Of a stretch of 64,000 bases of DNA, positions 12,131 through 24,600 are shown in pieces (the first letter of the stretch is position 1; every line of letters starts with the position of its first letter). A program made the translations under genes and the position numbers. The DNA lies in the NCBI RefSeq assembly GCF_006345805.1, contig NC_042997.1:27342001-27406000 (forward strand). Direction: 5' to 3'. The notes below the pieces were generated by a model. It was not told the DNA's origin. It was given only the letters and a program-made list of their open reading frames with translations, and ran no database searches. The DNA comes from Octopus sinensis (taxonomy: Eukaryota).

Positions 12131-12525
12131 CTCAGCTCCATGCTAGTTAATGTTGCATAGGTACTTAGAAGGGACTTAACTCATCAGGTATTCCAGTATG
12201 ACTGCAGTGACATGGGTGAAACTGATGCATGTGTGCATGTGTGTGTGTAGGGGGTGCCTTCTATTTCTCTTTTTCATTTTAGAGTAAATTTTTACCTACC
12301 ACACTCACTTGGTAGCAAGGTTGGGAAGGAAAGTGGCTTGATTTAAACGGCATCTTTTAAATCTTGAGAAGATTTTAGAGATTTTTAAATCCTAGATATC
12401 GTGATCATTTATAGCGTATGAATTAAAGATTTGCATTTTCTCTCTAAGATTCCGAATTTAGCCATATTTTGCTGCAGATGAGTCGGTATGTACTTTGTTG
12501 CTCCAATAATAATGGGTTTTGAACC

Positions 12526-12600
12526 TGAAAATGTATCTTGGGTACTGAATTTCCAAACACCTTGTCAATGATGAAATCCAGTACCCAAGATACATTTTCA
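12526..12600. repeat. 75-nt hairpin (28 bp stem, 1 mismatch, 19 nt loop)
   Basis: tgaaaatgtatcttgggtactgaatttc ... gaaatccagtacccaagatacattttca. Confidence 0.85.
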
Positions 12601-12621
12601 TGTAATAAACTGAATAGTAAC

Positions 12622-12822
12622 ATACATACGTATGTACATGCATACATAAATCGGCCAAATATCGTTGTGTGGGACCACAAAGGATGTCCTCTTTCACTTG
12701 TATTTTTCTAACCACTTTCGTGTCCGGGGAGCAGTTGTTTCCACAATAGATAATATCTTTCCTTTGTGGTCCCACACAACCATATTTGGCTGATTTATGT
12801 AAGCATGTACATACGCATGTAT
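12622..12822. repeat. MITE-like foldback, 63 bp arms
   Basis: 12622-12684 is the reverse complement of 12760-12822 with 4 mismatches; ~75 bp spacer. Confidence 0.85.
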
Positions 12823-13094
12823 ATCATTATTCAGTTTAATTCAAGATTTCTTGTCAATAGAGAAAGAACTGATTTTAAGCCTAGATCCAAGGTTCCTTCA
12901 TTGGAATTTCAACATCAACAACAGGGTATTTTAGTTATCAGTTATTTGCAGCATCTTTTCGGTACATACACGGGTTTCAACTACAGCAACTGCACACTGC
13001 TGTATAAGCAACCTAGGATCGTGCTGAGAATCAACTAACTATAACTATTAAATGTATCACGCGTACCTCAGACAAAATATAATAAATAATTTTT

Positions 13095-13820
13095 TCTTCT
13101 AAAGGCACAATGCCCGAAATTTTTGGAGAGGGGACCAGTCGATTAGATCGATCTTAGTACGCAACTGGTACTTATTTAATCGACCCTAATAGGATGAAAG
13201 GCAAAGTCGACCTCGGCGGAATTTGAACTCAGAACATAAAGACAGATAAAATACGTATTTCTTTACTACCCACAAGGAGCTAAACACAGAAGGGACAAAC
13301 AAGGACAGACAAACGGATTAAGTCGATTACATCGACTCCAGTGTGTAACCGGTACTTTCTTCATCGACCCTGAAAAGATGAAAAGCAAAGTTGACAGCGG
13401 CGGAATTTGAACTCAGAACGTAAAGACAGATAAAATACGTATTTCTTTACTACCCACAAGGTGCTAAAAGCAGAAGGGACAAACAAGGACAGACAAACGG
13501 ATTAAGTCGATTACATCGACTCCAGTGTGTAACCGGTACTTTCTTCATCGACCCTGAAAAGATGAAAAGTAAAGTTGACAGCGGCGGAATTTGAACTCAG
13601 AACGTAAAGACAGATAAAATACGTATTTCTTTACTACCCACAAGGGGCTAAACACAGAAGAGACAAAAAAGGACAGACAAACGGATTAAGTCGATTACAT
13701 CGACTCCAGTGTGTAACCGGTACTTTCTTCATCGACCCTGAAAAGATGAAAAGCAAAGTTGACAGCGGCGGAATTTGAACTCAGAACGTGAAGACAACCG
13801 AAATGCCGTTAAGCCGAAAT
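13095..13820 (-). mobile_element. SINE family B tandem array, 184 bp period
   Basis: Junction atacgtatttctttactaccc at 13251, 13435 and 13619; three units share private variants; the terminal unit carries the alternative tail. Confidence 0.9.
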
Positions 13821-14356
13821 TGATGTTTTTGGTGGTAGATGTGATAGTGTCTTTTATCTTTTGCTTGTTTCAGTCATGTGGCTGCAGCCATGCTGGGGCG
13901 CCACCTTCACATCGTCTTGACTTAACAACCCTTACCGTTTGTTTTTACTGTCTTGTTCTCACAGTCCTGTTTTTGTTACCACTTACACCCTCCGCAAAAA
14001 ATCCCAAATTTTATTTAATTTGCTTTGCGGGAAGGACTGTTTCAACAAAGTCGCGTATTACCCTTACCTTCGCAACGCGGAGTAGATGAAACAGGGACAA
14101 CTGATGAAAGGAATGCTCTTTATGTTGCATGTCTCGGTTCTCTGCTTGCTTTTTTCGTTGTTCGAAAAAAGTTCGTTTTCTATGTTTTTGCTTTGTTTTC
14201 GTTTCTCATTGTGTCTACGTTTTTTTGATGCCCTGTACCCATATATGCGTGTATATACATGTATATGTAGGTATGTACATATATGTATGTATATATGCAT
14301 ATATTTATATATTATTTATGTTATACATATATATATATACACACATAAATGCATAC

Positions 14357-14456
<100 letters not shown>

Positions 14457-15000
14457 AGAGTACATACATACATGTATGTAGGTATTAGTGTATGCAAGAA
14501 GGTAGTCAGGTAGGAGAAATGTACGTAGGTATGTATATTTGTGAGTGTGTGAGTGTTTATAAATGTATACGTAACTGAAAGTGTGTGTGAGCAATGTATT
14601 TATTGACTTATAAATTTATTTATCAATTATATATATAAATTACATACAGACATATATACCTATATACATACACACACAGGCATGCATGTGTGATTGTGTG
14701 TGTGTGTGTGGGGGGGGGTGTATGCCCGTGAGTGTATATATTTGTAAGTATTAATGTCCGTGATCACATCCCACTAATTTCCATATAAAATTTATAAAGT
14801 TGATAAATTTGCCAACATACTTTCGGGTACATATTCATTTAGCGCGCACACACCACACACAGAGAAATATACATACACACAACTCATGTGTGTGTGTCTG
14901 TGTGTGTGAGTTGTGTGTATGTATATATGCATGTATATATTTGTATGTAAGAAAGTATACACACACGAATATATATAGGTAGGTAGGTAGGTAGATAGGA

Positions 15001-15300
15001 GCACCCCGTAGGTTAAGACGACGAGGGTCCCAGTTGATACGATCAATGGAACAGCCAGCTCGTGAAATTAACGTGCAAGTGGATGAGCATTCCACAGACA
15101 CGTGTACCCCTAACGTAGTTCTCAAGGAGATTCAGCGTGACACAGGTGGCCCTTTGAAATACAGGTACAACTCATTTTTGCCAGCGGAGTGGACTGGAGC
15201 AACGGGAAATAAAGTGTCTTGCTCAAGGACACAACGCATCGCTGGGAATCGAACTCACGACCTTACAATCGTAAGCCGAATGCCCTAACTACTAAGCCAT
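15001..15300 (-). mobile_element. SINE with head type D and the family C tail
   Basis: Reverse strand: ggcttagtagttagggc...gagttcgattccc head, tgtgtccttgagcaagacacttt core, then a tail matching 17830-18010. Confidence 0.8.
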
Positions 15301-16461
15301 ACATATATTTAGTACACCTGTAAAATCATATAAAAGTATATGTATAAGTTTTTAGTATTTGCATCTAGCTTTTTATGTATGTTAGTGTATGCGGATTTTA
15401 ATATTTTTATAAGGTAAACGAACATATGTTAAAGTATAAATTTCCAGTAACCTATTATATATAAACGAGAAGAGGTCGTTGGAAAAATCTTGACGTTCGA
15501 AAATGTATTCAAATTTTATTTATTTATTCACTACCTTTTTATGTATGTTCTACTGACATAAAACTGGTTTGGAGTTTGTCAATGTAATTTTTTTACATCA
15601 CGCCTAACCTGAAAACTCGAGACTAGTGCGTTAGACGTCGTGAGTGGTATGCTTTTGATGAATTAGAGAAAAACAACAATTATTTTTTATGCGAATTGAC
15701 GAAATAGCAGAGAGTATACCTCGAAATCTGTTATAGTCCTTTGAAGAGGTTCTTATTGAAAATACGCAGAAGTCAGGAATAATAAAAGTGCTTGACCTTA
15801 GAATATAACATTGTAAGTGAGGTATATTTTCTTCACGAACATACAATTAATTAAGGACTAATTTAATTAATGTAGCGACCATCCCAAAATGTTTGAAATT
15901 ATATTAATTTCTAACTTAGGAACGCGGCCACACATTTTAGGGAGAAGACATTTTCTCATATGGACCCAAGTACTTTACTGTTACTGGTTCCATGTAATTA
16001 ACAGGTACTTCATTATGTCAACATTAAAAAGCTGGAAGTAAATTGACTACAGTGTGATTTGAATTCAAAACGCAAACGGACATGACTAAATATAACAGCA
16101 AATTTCAGAATTTCGGAGTAATATTACTCATTCTACCATTCAAACCATGCAGAAATTCCCATTTCCAGCCACAAAATAAATAAATAAATAAATAAATAAC
16201 GAGTACTACCAGTTGCAAATAACAAATTCGGACACGATATTTTGTGGTTTCTGTGCATGCATTTTACGTTCTAAGTTAATATCCCGATAGGTATCTATAG
16301 ATATAATCATCACAACATAGGGGCATTGTGTTCGAGTTTGTTGATTTAAATATCAAAATTGTCTTCAGTACAATTCCTGATCAGATTTAATTCTTAAGCT
16401 AATGCTTTTGGCGGTTTTTTTTTCCTATCTTCAATTGAACCTTAACCTTTATTAATGAAAA

Positions 16462-16575
16462 CACTATTAATAGGTTGGGTCACTATTAATAGTTTGGGTC
16501 ACTATTAATAGTTTGGGTCACTATTAATAGTTTGGGTCACTAATAATAGTTTGGGTCACTATGAATAGGTTGCAC
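16462..16575. repeat. 19-bp minisatellite, ~6 copies
   Basis: Unit cactattaatagtttgggt at 16462, 16481, 16500, 16519, 16538 and 16557; contains the palindrome actattaatagt. Confidence 0.95.
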
Positions 16576-16744
16576 ACGACTTCAGAGTTTTATCCTTGAA
16601 ACAATGTATAGATCAACTTCAGACGACATTTACATTCTGTTAATTGTTTGTAAGATCTTATAATATCAATAATTAGTTTCAATATAGCTCTCGTTCTTCT
16701 ATGAAGAAAACTGTAGAGAGGAAAGAAGACCAGAGTGAGAAACG

Positions 16745-16961
16745 AGATCTGTTGTCAGAAAACAACACAGCTCCCATGACTTTCGGAAACATTTTTTCAC
16801 GCTCAGAGTTGCTGAAGCATGGAATAAACTGCCTGCGTCAGTTGTTGACTGCCATGACACTGCATCCTTTAAGGCCCTCATGCTTTCCGAAATCCGCCGA
16901 AACTACACCTGATTATATATACACTTTAGATGAGTTGTAGTGCACCTGAGCACTGTACACA

Positions 16962-17039
<78 letters not shown>

Positions 17040-17040
17040 T
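16745..17040 (+). mobile_element. CR1/L2-type LINE 3' end with (ATT)n tail
   Basis: QHSSHDFRKHFFTLRVAEAWNKLPASVV...; gagcactgtacacaa followed by a long (att)n run. Confidence 0.8.
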
Positions 17041-17633
17041 ACCTACAGTGGCGCAACTCCAATCAAGAGCTGTGTGACTAGCACTCGATTGTCACACAAA
17101 ACAAAATCTAGTAAGCGAAATTAACTAGTTTCAAGTGAGGTTCGAAAACTGACCACTGTTATGAGTTATTGTTTTTAGTTTCTCATAAGTAGAGCTATAA
17201 GGGCTTGTTCGTCTCCTTCCTATCTTTGAGAAAAATATTTGGATATAAATAGAACAGGACATAAATCCTACTGACTGACGCAATGACAGTTTGAATATAT
17301 GAATAATCAGAACATTTGTCACAAAGTATAAACGTTGTAGTAGAAATATAGTCGAGTATAATAAAATGTACGGTATGAGCATAGAAAATCCCATCTGGAA
17401 AATGGGAGGAGGGGGAAGAGAAAACCTGAATTACAGAAGGGGTGGGGTTGAAAGTGTGTGAATCTGGGTTAACAGCTGAAGGATTGAATGAATGAATGTC
17501 TGAATGAATGAATGAATGAATGAACGGCATATATACTACTAACCGGATATTTGCTAGAAATAGCATTCGTACCACGTCGTCTTATTATTGGAGGGTAGAT
17601 ATATCGCTTAATACAGGGTTATTAAAAAAGAGA

Positions 17634-18022
17634 GTGGAGGCGCAATGGCCCAGTGGTTAGGGCAGCGGACTCGCGGTCATAGGATCGCGGTTTCGATTCC
17701 CAGACCGGGCGTTGTGAGTGTTTATTGAGCGAAAACACATAAAAAGCTCCACGAGGCTCCGGCAGGGGATGGTGGTGATCCCTGCTGTACTTTTTCCCCA
17801 CAACTTTCCCTCACTCTTACTTCCTGTTTCTGTTGTACCTGTATTTCAAGGGGCCGGCCTTGTCACTCTCTGTGTCACGCTGAATATCCCCGAGAACTAC
17901 GTTAAGGGTGCACGTGTCTGTGGAGTGCTCAGCCACTTACACGTTAATTTCACGAGCAGGCTGTTCCGTTGATTCGGAACAACCGGAACCCTCGTCCGTC
18001 GTCGTAACCGACGGAGTGCTTC
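17634..18022 (+). mobile_element. SINE family C (tRNA-like head)
   Basis: A-box TGGCCCAGTGG at 17646-17656 and B-box GGTTTCGATTCC at 17689-17700; ~390 bp body; head shared with 20684 and tail shared with 15001. Confidence 0.85.
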
Positions 18023-18079
18023 CAAAATTAAAAAAGAATGAACCGATTTCATCATGCAATATTTTAATACGGCAAAGCA

Positions 18080-18382
18080 ATGGAAAACTCAGTGTTGAAT
18101 GTGGCCTCCACCTTCAACACAGGCAACATCAATGCGATAAGGGAATTCCTCTCAGACGCGTATCAGCATATCAAAAGCAAGTTCATTGTGGAACTAAAGA
18201 ATAAATTTGCCTTGCATGAGGCGATCCTAGAAGATATTGACATAGATTCAACCAGACTGTCAAAGAAGTACTCAGTGGATCGTGATATGCTGATAAGCGT
18301 CTGGGAGGAATTCTCTTATCGTATTCATGTTGCCCGTGTTGCAAGTGGTGGTCACATTGAACACTTGCAAGACAGGAAATAA
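18080..18382 (+). mobile_element. Relic ORF ending in a Tc1/mariner-type transposase C-terminus
   Basis: C-terminal DMLISVWEEFSYRIHVARVASGGHIEHL resembles the ML..VW.E..YR...C....G.HIEHL ending of DD37D/DD41D-like transposases; the N-terminal part is unassigned. Confidence 0.55.
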
Positions 18383-18624
18383 AAGTTGATTGTGAGTAAA
18401 TACTTGTGCCTTGGCTGGAGTTTTCTATTGTTTTTTTCTTATTAAAATATTGCGTAATGAAATCAGCCTAATCGTTTTGAATAAGATTAAATTATTGTCT
18501 TAAATAAATAAGAAGTCGATGGATGTAATAGTCTTCATCGTAGATATCAGTCGGGACTGACCATGGGCTAAATATCTGCTAGTGTTACTACTATTACTAC
18601 CAGAAATAGATTCGAGATAGTCGT

Positions 18625-18661
18625 GGTTGATGATGATGACGACGACGACGACGACGACGAC

Positions 18662-18693
<32 letters not shown>

Positions 18694-18694
18694 C

Positions 18695-18728
<34 letters not shown>

Positions 18729-18780
18729 GTGGTGGTTGCGGTGGTGGTGGTGGTGGTGGTAGTGGTGGTGATGAAGGTCG
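18625..18780. repeat. (GAT/GAC/GGT)n trinucleotide tract
   Basis: Directly visible; source of the poly-D and poly-M ORFs. Confidence 0.95.
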
Positions 18781-19618
18781 TAACTACAATGATGACGTTA
18801 GCAGTTGTGATAATGATGGGACGAGACGATGGTATTGAGAAAAGTACTGGGTGGTGGTAATAATTATAAGAAGTGATCCGTCGTGCTATTGTTTAACCTC
18901 CAGATATTGCTCTAAAGTAAACAGACCGACGAGCAGACCTGTAATTTATAGCTAGAATTTATAGTTTCACACCAAAGTGCATATTACACGATGAGTAATG
19001 ACCTATTTAAGAGGATAGTATTTCTTACAGGTTTCTAGTCGGTCAGGCGATCGTACAAGGACATATGACTCATATACGTTATTAGGCGTGTGACGTAAGA
19101 TACTCTTCAACCAATCCACACTTCGCTGTATTAATTAGTGGAAGGCACAGTAGATTTTCGTTCCTTCATACATACATGTCAAAATATAACAGTCATAACT
19201 GGGCCAATTTAAGGCTAGCTCTTGCTTGATCAGAGAGGATCAAGGTTCGAAATCTGAACAACAGAAATTAAATAAATTAATACAAAAATGAATAAAACGT
19301 GTAAGCACTTTATAGTTCGGTACCCAGGTTATGCAGTATAAGAACATACATGGAAAACATGTGGAGAAGATGTATGATTACAGGAATACATCAAAGAGCC
19401 TTCAGTTTGAAAAGAATCAATTTTATTACCTTACACTCCTCATCCATAAAGCTTATAGTTATGTGAACAACGCTAACATATATGCCTACGTACACAAAAT
19501 ACATTGATACATTGATACATACATATATACATACATACATACATACATACATACATACATACCATACATACACCAACGATGGTCAGAGGCAAACGGACTA
19601 ACACACACACACATATGA

Positions 19619-19693
<75 letters not shown>

Positions 19694-20156
19694 TACACAC
19701 ACACATACACATATATACATATATATTAACGACGGGCTTCTTTCAGTATCCGTCTAACAAATCCACTCACACGATGCCACGTAGTGGGACTGGACCTGGA
19801 ACCGTATAATTGGGGATCAGGCTTCTTACCATACAGCCACATCTGCGCCTAATAATGTGTTGGTTTAAACTTGTCCCTTCTTATTTGGCAAATTGTCTCA
19901 TACATATATACATACACACGCACACACACACACATATATATATATACATACATACATGTGCGTGTCTGTGTATGCATATGCGTGTGTGTATGTACGTATG
20001 TGTGTGTGTGTGTGTGTGTGCGTATGAGGTAATGGGCCAAATAAGAAAGGGCAACATGGGAGGTACAGGTTTAAACTAATGTATTATTTTAACGCTTAAA
20101 AGGGAGAGAAATATAACTGACGTTCCGGAAGCAAGTCCTTTATCAAAATAGATGGG

Positions 20157-20258
<102 letters not shown>

Positions 20259-20302
20259 CATTAAATAAACGGGTGGAAATATATAATATAAAATAAATAT
20301 AT

Positions 20303-20549
20303 GCGCCCTTTTAAAGCCTAGCCAGGCTCATGGGCCCGGCTTCCCAGTTTCTATGGTGTATGTGTTCCCCAGCTGGACGCGACGCCAGTCCATTGCAGCG
20401 TTACTCATATTTGCCAGATGAGTGGACTGGAACAACGTGAAAGGAAGTGTTTTGCTCAAGAACACAATGCGTCACCCGGTCCAGGGATTGAAACCACAAT
20501 CTTACGATCATGATGCTGACACCCTAAGCACAAAACCATGCGCCTCCAC
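20303..20549 (-). mobile_element. SINE with head type D and a third tail type
   Basis: Reverse strand: gtggaggcgcatgg...gtttcaatccc, tgtgttcttgagcaaaacact core, ccagtccactc, then a tail ending ggctaggctttaaaagggcgc. Confidence 0.75.
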
Positions 20550-20641
20550 TGGAAATACATGAAGAAGGAAGAAATGAGGTAGGATAAAATAAAAAAAGAA
20601 ATGTGTGTGTGTGTGTGCGTGTGTGTACGTATGTATGAACG

Positions 20642-20683
<42 letters not shown>

Positions 20684-20685
<2 letters not shown>

Positions 20686-20934
20686 AGGTGCAATGGCCCA
20701 GTGTTTAGGGCAGCGGACTCGCGGTCGTAGGATCGCAGTTTTGATCCCCACGAGGCCCCGGCAGTGGAGTGATGGCGATCCCTGCTGTACTCTTTCGCCA
20801 CAACTTTCTCTCACTATTTCTTCTGTTGGCCTGCTCGCTTAACCAGCGGGGTGACGTCATCTGAAGGCTAAAACAACGCGGAGCGCATTGTGACCAGCGA
20901 TGTGTAACAACATCTGATAGCCTGGTCGGTCACG

Positions 20935-20938
<4 letters not shown>
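20684..20938 (+). mobile_element. SINE with the family C head and a different tail
   Basis: ggaggtgcaatggcccagtgtttagggcagcggactcgcgg matches 17634; it diverges after ctctcact into ...ggctaaaacaacgcggagcgcattgtgaccagcg. Confidence 0.8.
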
Positions 20939-20982
<44 letters not shown>

Positions 20983-21584
20983 CGTGTGTGTGTGTACGTA
21001 TGTATGAACGTTAAGTGAAACAAAATATATTTTGTCGAGATTAATGATTAAGGATTAAATGCTTATGTGTGAGCAGATGCGTATGATTGTATGCATTCTT
21101 GGAGAGGGCAGTAAAACGGAAATAACGAAAAGCGAAAAGATGAATGAGAAGACTCAGCTGATCATGTGACACGTAAAAGTGGTAATAGATCGGCAGAAGC
21201 TTTTGAATATCAGAAGACATGTCTCTCGTTATTTGTCCAAAATTCTATGTTTTTAGTGACTAACTATACCTTTGGCTCTGACCAACTATACATTTCATTC
21301 TTTTGGGGTCGTGGAAATAAAGTCCAATCGAATGCATAAGAAATTGTAATTGATTGTTCAAAGCCAGCCCCCTTCCGACCGCCAAAAAAATGCAGCAGAT
21401 TGTATTGTAAGCTTTACTTCGCTCACTCGTAGACTATTTCCCAATATTATTTTAAAGGCTTCATACAGCTCCTGCTTGGGGAGGTAGGGTACAATTTTCG
21501 TTTCGAAATGCATGAAATATTATCATGTTTAAAGACAAAAGAGACACCTACGGGCAACGGCAGGCAACAACAACAACAACAATC

Positions 21585-21800
21585 CTTTCTACTAAAGGCA
21601 CAAGGCCAGGAAATTTGGTGGGCGGAGAGGACTAGCCGATGACATCGACCCCAGTGTTTCACTGGTACTTGATTTATCGACGTCGAAAGGATGAAAGCCA
21701 AAGTTGACCTCGGTGGAATTTGAACTCGGAACCTAAGGACGGACGAAATACCGTTATGCATTTCGCCCGACGTGCTAATGATTCTGCCAGCTCACCGCCT
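21585..21800 (-). mobile_element. SINE family B monomer with alternative tail
   Basis: Reverse strand: aggcggtgagctggcagaatcattagcacg... to ...ttgtgcctttagtagaaagg. Confidence 0.85.
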
Positions 21801-22497
21801 TAATAATACTACTACTACTACTACTACTACTACTAATAATAATAATAATAATAATAATGGTGTCAAATTTTGGCACAAGGCCATAGCAATAATGTTAACA
21901 ATTATTTCAAATTTTAGACATGTGTGTGTGGGGGGAGTGCGTGTGTGTGTATTGAATACAACAAATGAACAAGCACTATACCTTGTGTAAAACACATATA
22001 TCCGAACACAGGTATCTTGATATCTTTTTCTACTGTATAATACCCAGGTTGGAAGAGTTCAATGACGTTCTCCTCATTTGTGCAATAATAATGCTGGTTC
22101 TCTATCCAGCTTGAATTACATGGGTGATCTATAGGAACTTCCTGAGCACAAAATATTGATGAAGATCAATAGCTGCTAGTTCGGTTGTTCTGAAAGTTGA
22201 AAAATGTTTTGTTACTCTATGCAAATTGAAAATTCTAGAGGTATCAAAAGCTAAAAAGGATGCTTAAATTTCCTGCTTTCCTTCAAAGTCTATGATACTT
22301 CTGCTGGTGTATAAGCAATGTCTTTTGGGACAGTTGAAAAGCGTTCCGGAAAATATTGTCTTAAGGAGAAATCCCATAATTTCCGTTGACTTTTATGCTA
22401 TAAGTAAGACACCATCAGGAGAAATTTTTTTAGGGGGAAAAAACAAATTATAACAACAAAAAAGCAACACCATTACTCTTATTCACGAATATATATC

Positions 22498-22543
<46 letters not shown>

Positions 22544-22911
22544 CAGAGAGACAGAGAGAGAGAGAGAGAGTTATAATGAGAGAGAGAGAGAGAGATGCAT
22601 ACATGCGTACATACACATAAACATACGTACATGTTCGTGTGAGAATATCATGGGCACAGCTTTCCAAAATTTTTAGCTATACCTTGACCTGAGCTTAAAC
22701 GCTCCCAATGGCGTTTGGGGTTTAAAAAAATCTATTTTTCAAATTGTCAAAAATTATCCGTAAATGCGAAATTATAGATTGCATTTCGAAATTAATTATC
22801 TCTTTTACAATCTTTGTAATTATGAACATTCGTAATATAAGCTATCTTACCGCTAGTGATGCGTGAATGTGATTAAACAAATTATTTGAAACGAATATGT
22901 ATTTATAGAGG

Positions 22912-22921
22912 TATATAAATA
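22912..22921 (+). promoter_or_regulatory. TATA-like box conserved in all three A units
   Basis: TATATAAATA at 22912, 26396 and 28531; the same 10-mer as the IL-17 TATA candidate at 52668. Confidence 0.4.
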
Positions 22922-23031
22922 CAAAAACAGGCAGAGGTCAAGGATACAGAGAACAAGGATACAGAGAACAAGAATACAGACGATTAATTATAAAATCAGG
23001 AGATATCAAATAGAAATAAGTCGACAATCGT

Positions 23032-23166
23032 ATGATGTATGTCGTTGTCTTATTCATTTACCAGCTTGTACATTTACCTGCATCGTGTCGTTGCGGTTCA
23101 AAACAATTGCGACAGATGAGTCAGAAAAGTACTGAACCTTCCATCGGAGACAAATACGAGTCATGA
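23032..23166 (+). CDS. Candidate 44-aa short ORF with signal-peptide-like N-terminus (copy A1)
   Basis: MMYVVVLFIYQLVHLPASCRCGSKQLRQMSQKSTEPSIGDKYES*, 120 nt after the TATA box; an alternative reading is ATG AT|GTATGT as a micro-exon plus donor. Confidence 0.25.
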   Translation: MMYVVVLFIYQLVHLPASCRCGSKQLRQMSQKSTEPSIGDKYES

Positions 23167-23949
23167 AAGGCAGGTATTTTTAATTCACAAAACAGTGAAT
23201 TGCTATTGTTGGGCAGGAATTTTAATAATTCTGAAAGTAGTTAAGCAAAGGCAATTGAAACAATCCTCCAGTCTTCGTAGCATAAGATTTACTCAAAAAT
23301 GTAGAATGGAATTACGTGCTCGAATAGATTTTAGTATGTACTTTATTCACCTTTAAAAGGTTCTTTGAGGTAAGCGAGGTTTTAGGATTATTCATCTCGA
23401 GGCCAAGAAAAGACTGAACGTTTGTTCCCATTTATATCAGTCCCCAGTTTATCAAAGGGCCTACATTTAATTATCTGTATTGTTCTAACCTCTTCTAAGT
23501 GGCGTTCTTTGCTAACAAGAGATGTGATATTAGATAACAGTGGACATGTGGTTGTTCAGACGTTGATTAAATAAGGGGTCAGTTTAACCTACATATTTTC
23601 GCGTTTGTGTATTGGATATGCTACCTTATGAAGGTGCTGCAAAATTTCTGTATGGATATATTTGGGGTATTTAAGTGTACACATGGCTTTGCGTATGCTT
23701 GTTCCATGTGTGCAAGCAAGTATTTCATTTATTTCTTAACGTAGTTACCACTGATGACGAGGAAATTCTTAATGGATTAACTCAGAATTCGACCGATTCG
23801 GTAATAAGGGAATACTTTAGAAATTTCTGTCTGCTTTCTTCGAGAAGACTGCTTTTCGTAATAAATTATATCTGGTTATTGACGATCTAAAGCCTATTTC
23901 TCGGCATATTAAATTAGGAAATTTTTGTTTTGCTGTTATGTATAATTTT

Positions 23950-24039
<90 letters not shown>

Positions 24040-24600
24040 GTGTGTGTGTGTGTGTGTGTGTGTTCGCGGTAAAAGGACGAAGTTGTGCATCAATAGCTAA
24101 CGGGAAAAGAGGTTTTCCTGGGCCTAAAAAACGAAATAACACTGTCCTAATCAGGACTGCCACACTACGTTGGCAAAGAGACATACTGTTGCTATTTATT
24201 TCTCGTTCAGAGATTTTATAACTAATTGTTTTTCTCCTGAAGAGATCAGTGAAGTGTGTCTTTAATTGTTAAACTTTAAAAGTTAAACTATGAATATTAA
24301 AATTTAAATATTTCATTCTGTTGTTCTCTGATGCTTCGCGTGTGAGATAAAGTAAAAGCGAAACCAGTGCATGATGTGGCGAAAGGATCGTCATGAATAA
24401 TAAAGAATTACATGAATTCCATTCCCTTCTCTCGTGTTTAACAAACGCTACGAACACGAAGGAGGTTCTGAAGAAAACCTTATAACGTTTACGTCCAAAC
24501 TATTAATGAAATGATTTTGCCGAATTACTTTGTACGGGCTTTAAGCTGCTTACTACAAGCTGCATATCCAATATAAAATATCTATTAATATATAAATTAA

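Noticed and set aside
13095-13820. Regularly spaced repeats (also 16462-16575 and 46533-47120) as CRISPR-like arrays
   Set aside because: The units are contiguous with no unique spacers, no cas genes are present, and the context is eukaryotic.
17634-17716. tRNA gene (and other A/B-box hits)
   Set aside because: The tRNA-like heads continue into SINE bodies shared by multiple copies; no complete cloverleaf is supported.
23032-23950. A units as IL-17 pseudogenes
   Set aside because: No CPW or cystine-knot remnants were found in the frames I tried; the N-terminal echo is short and near chance level at the nucleotide level.
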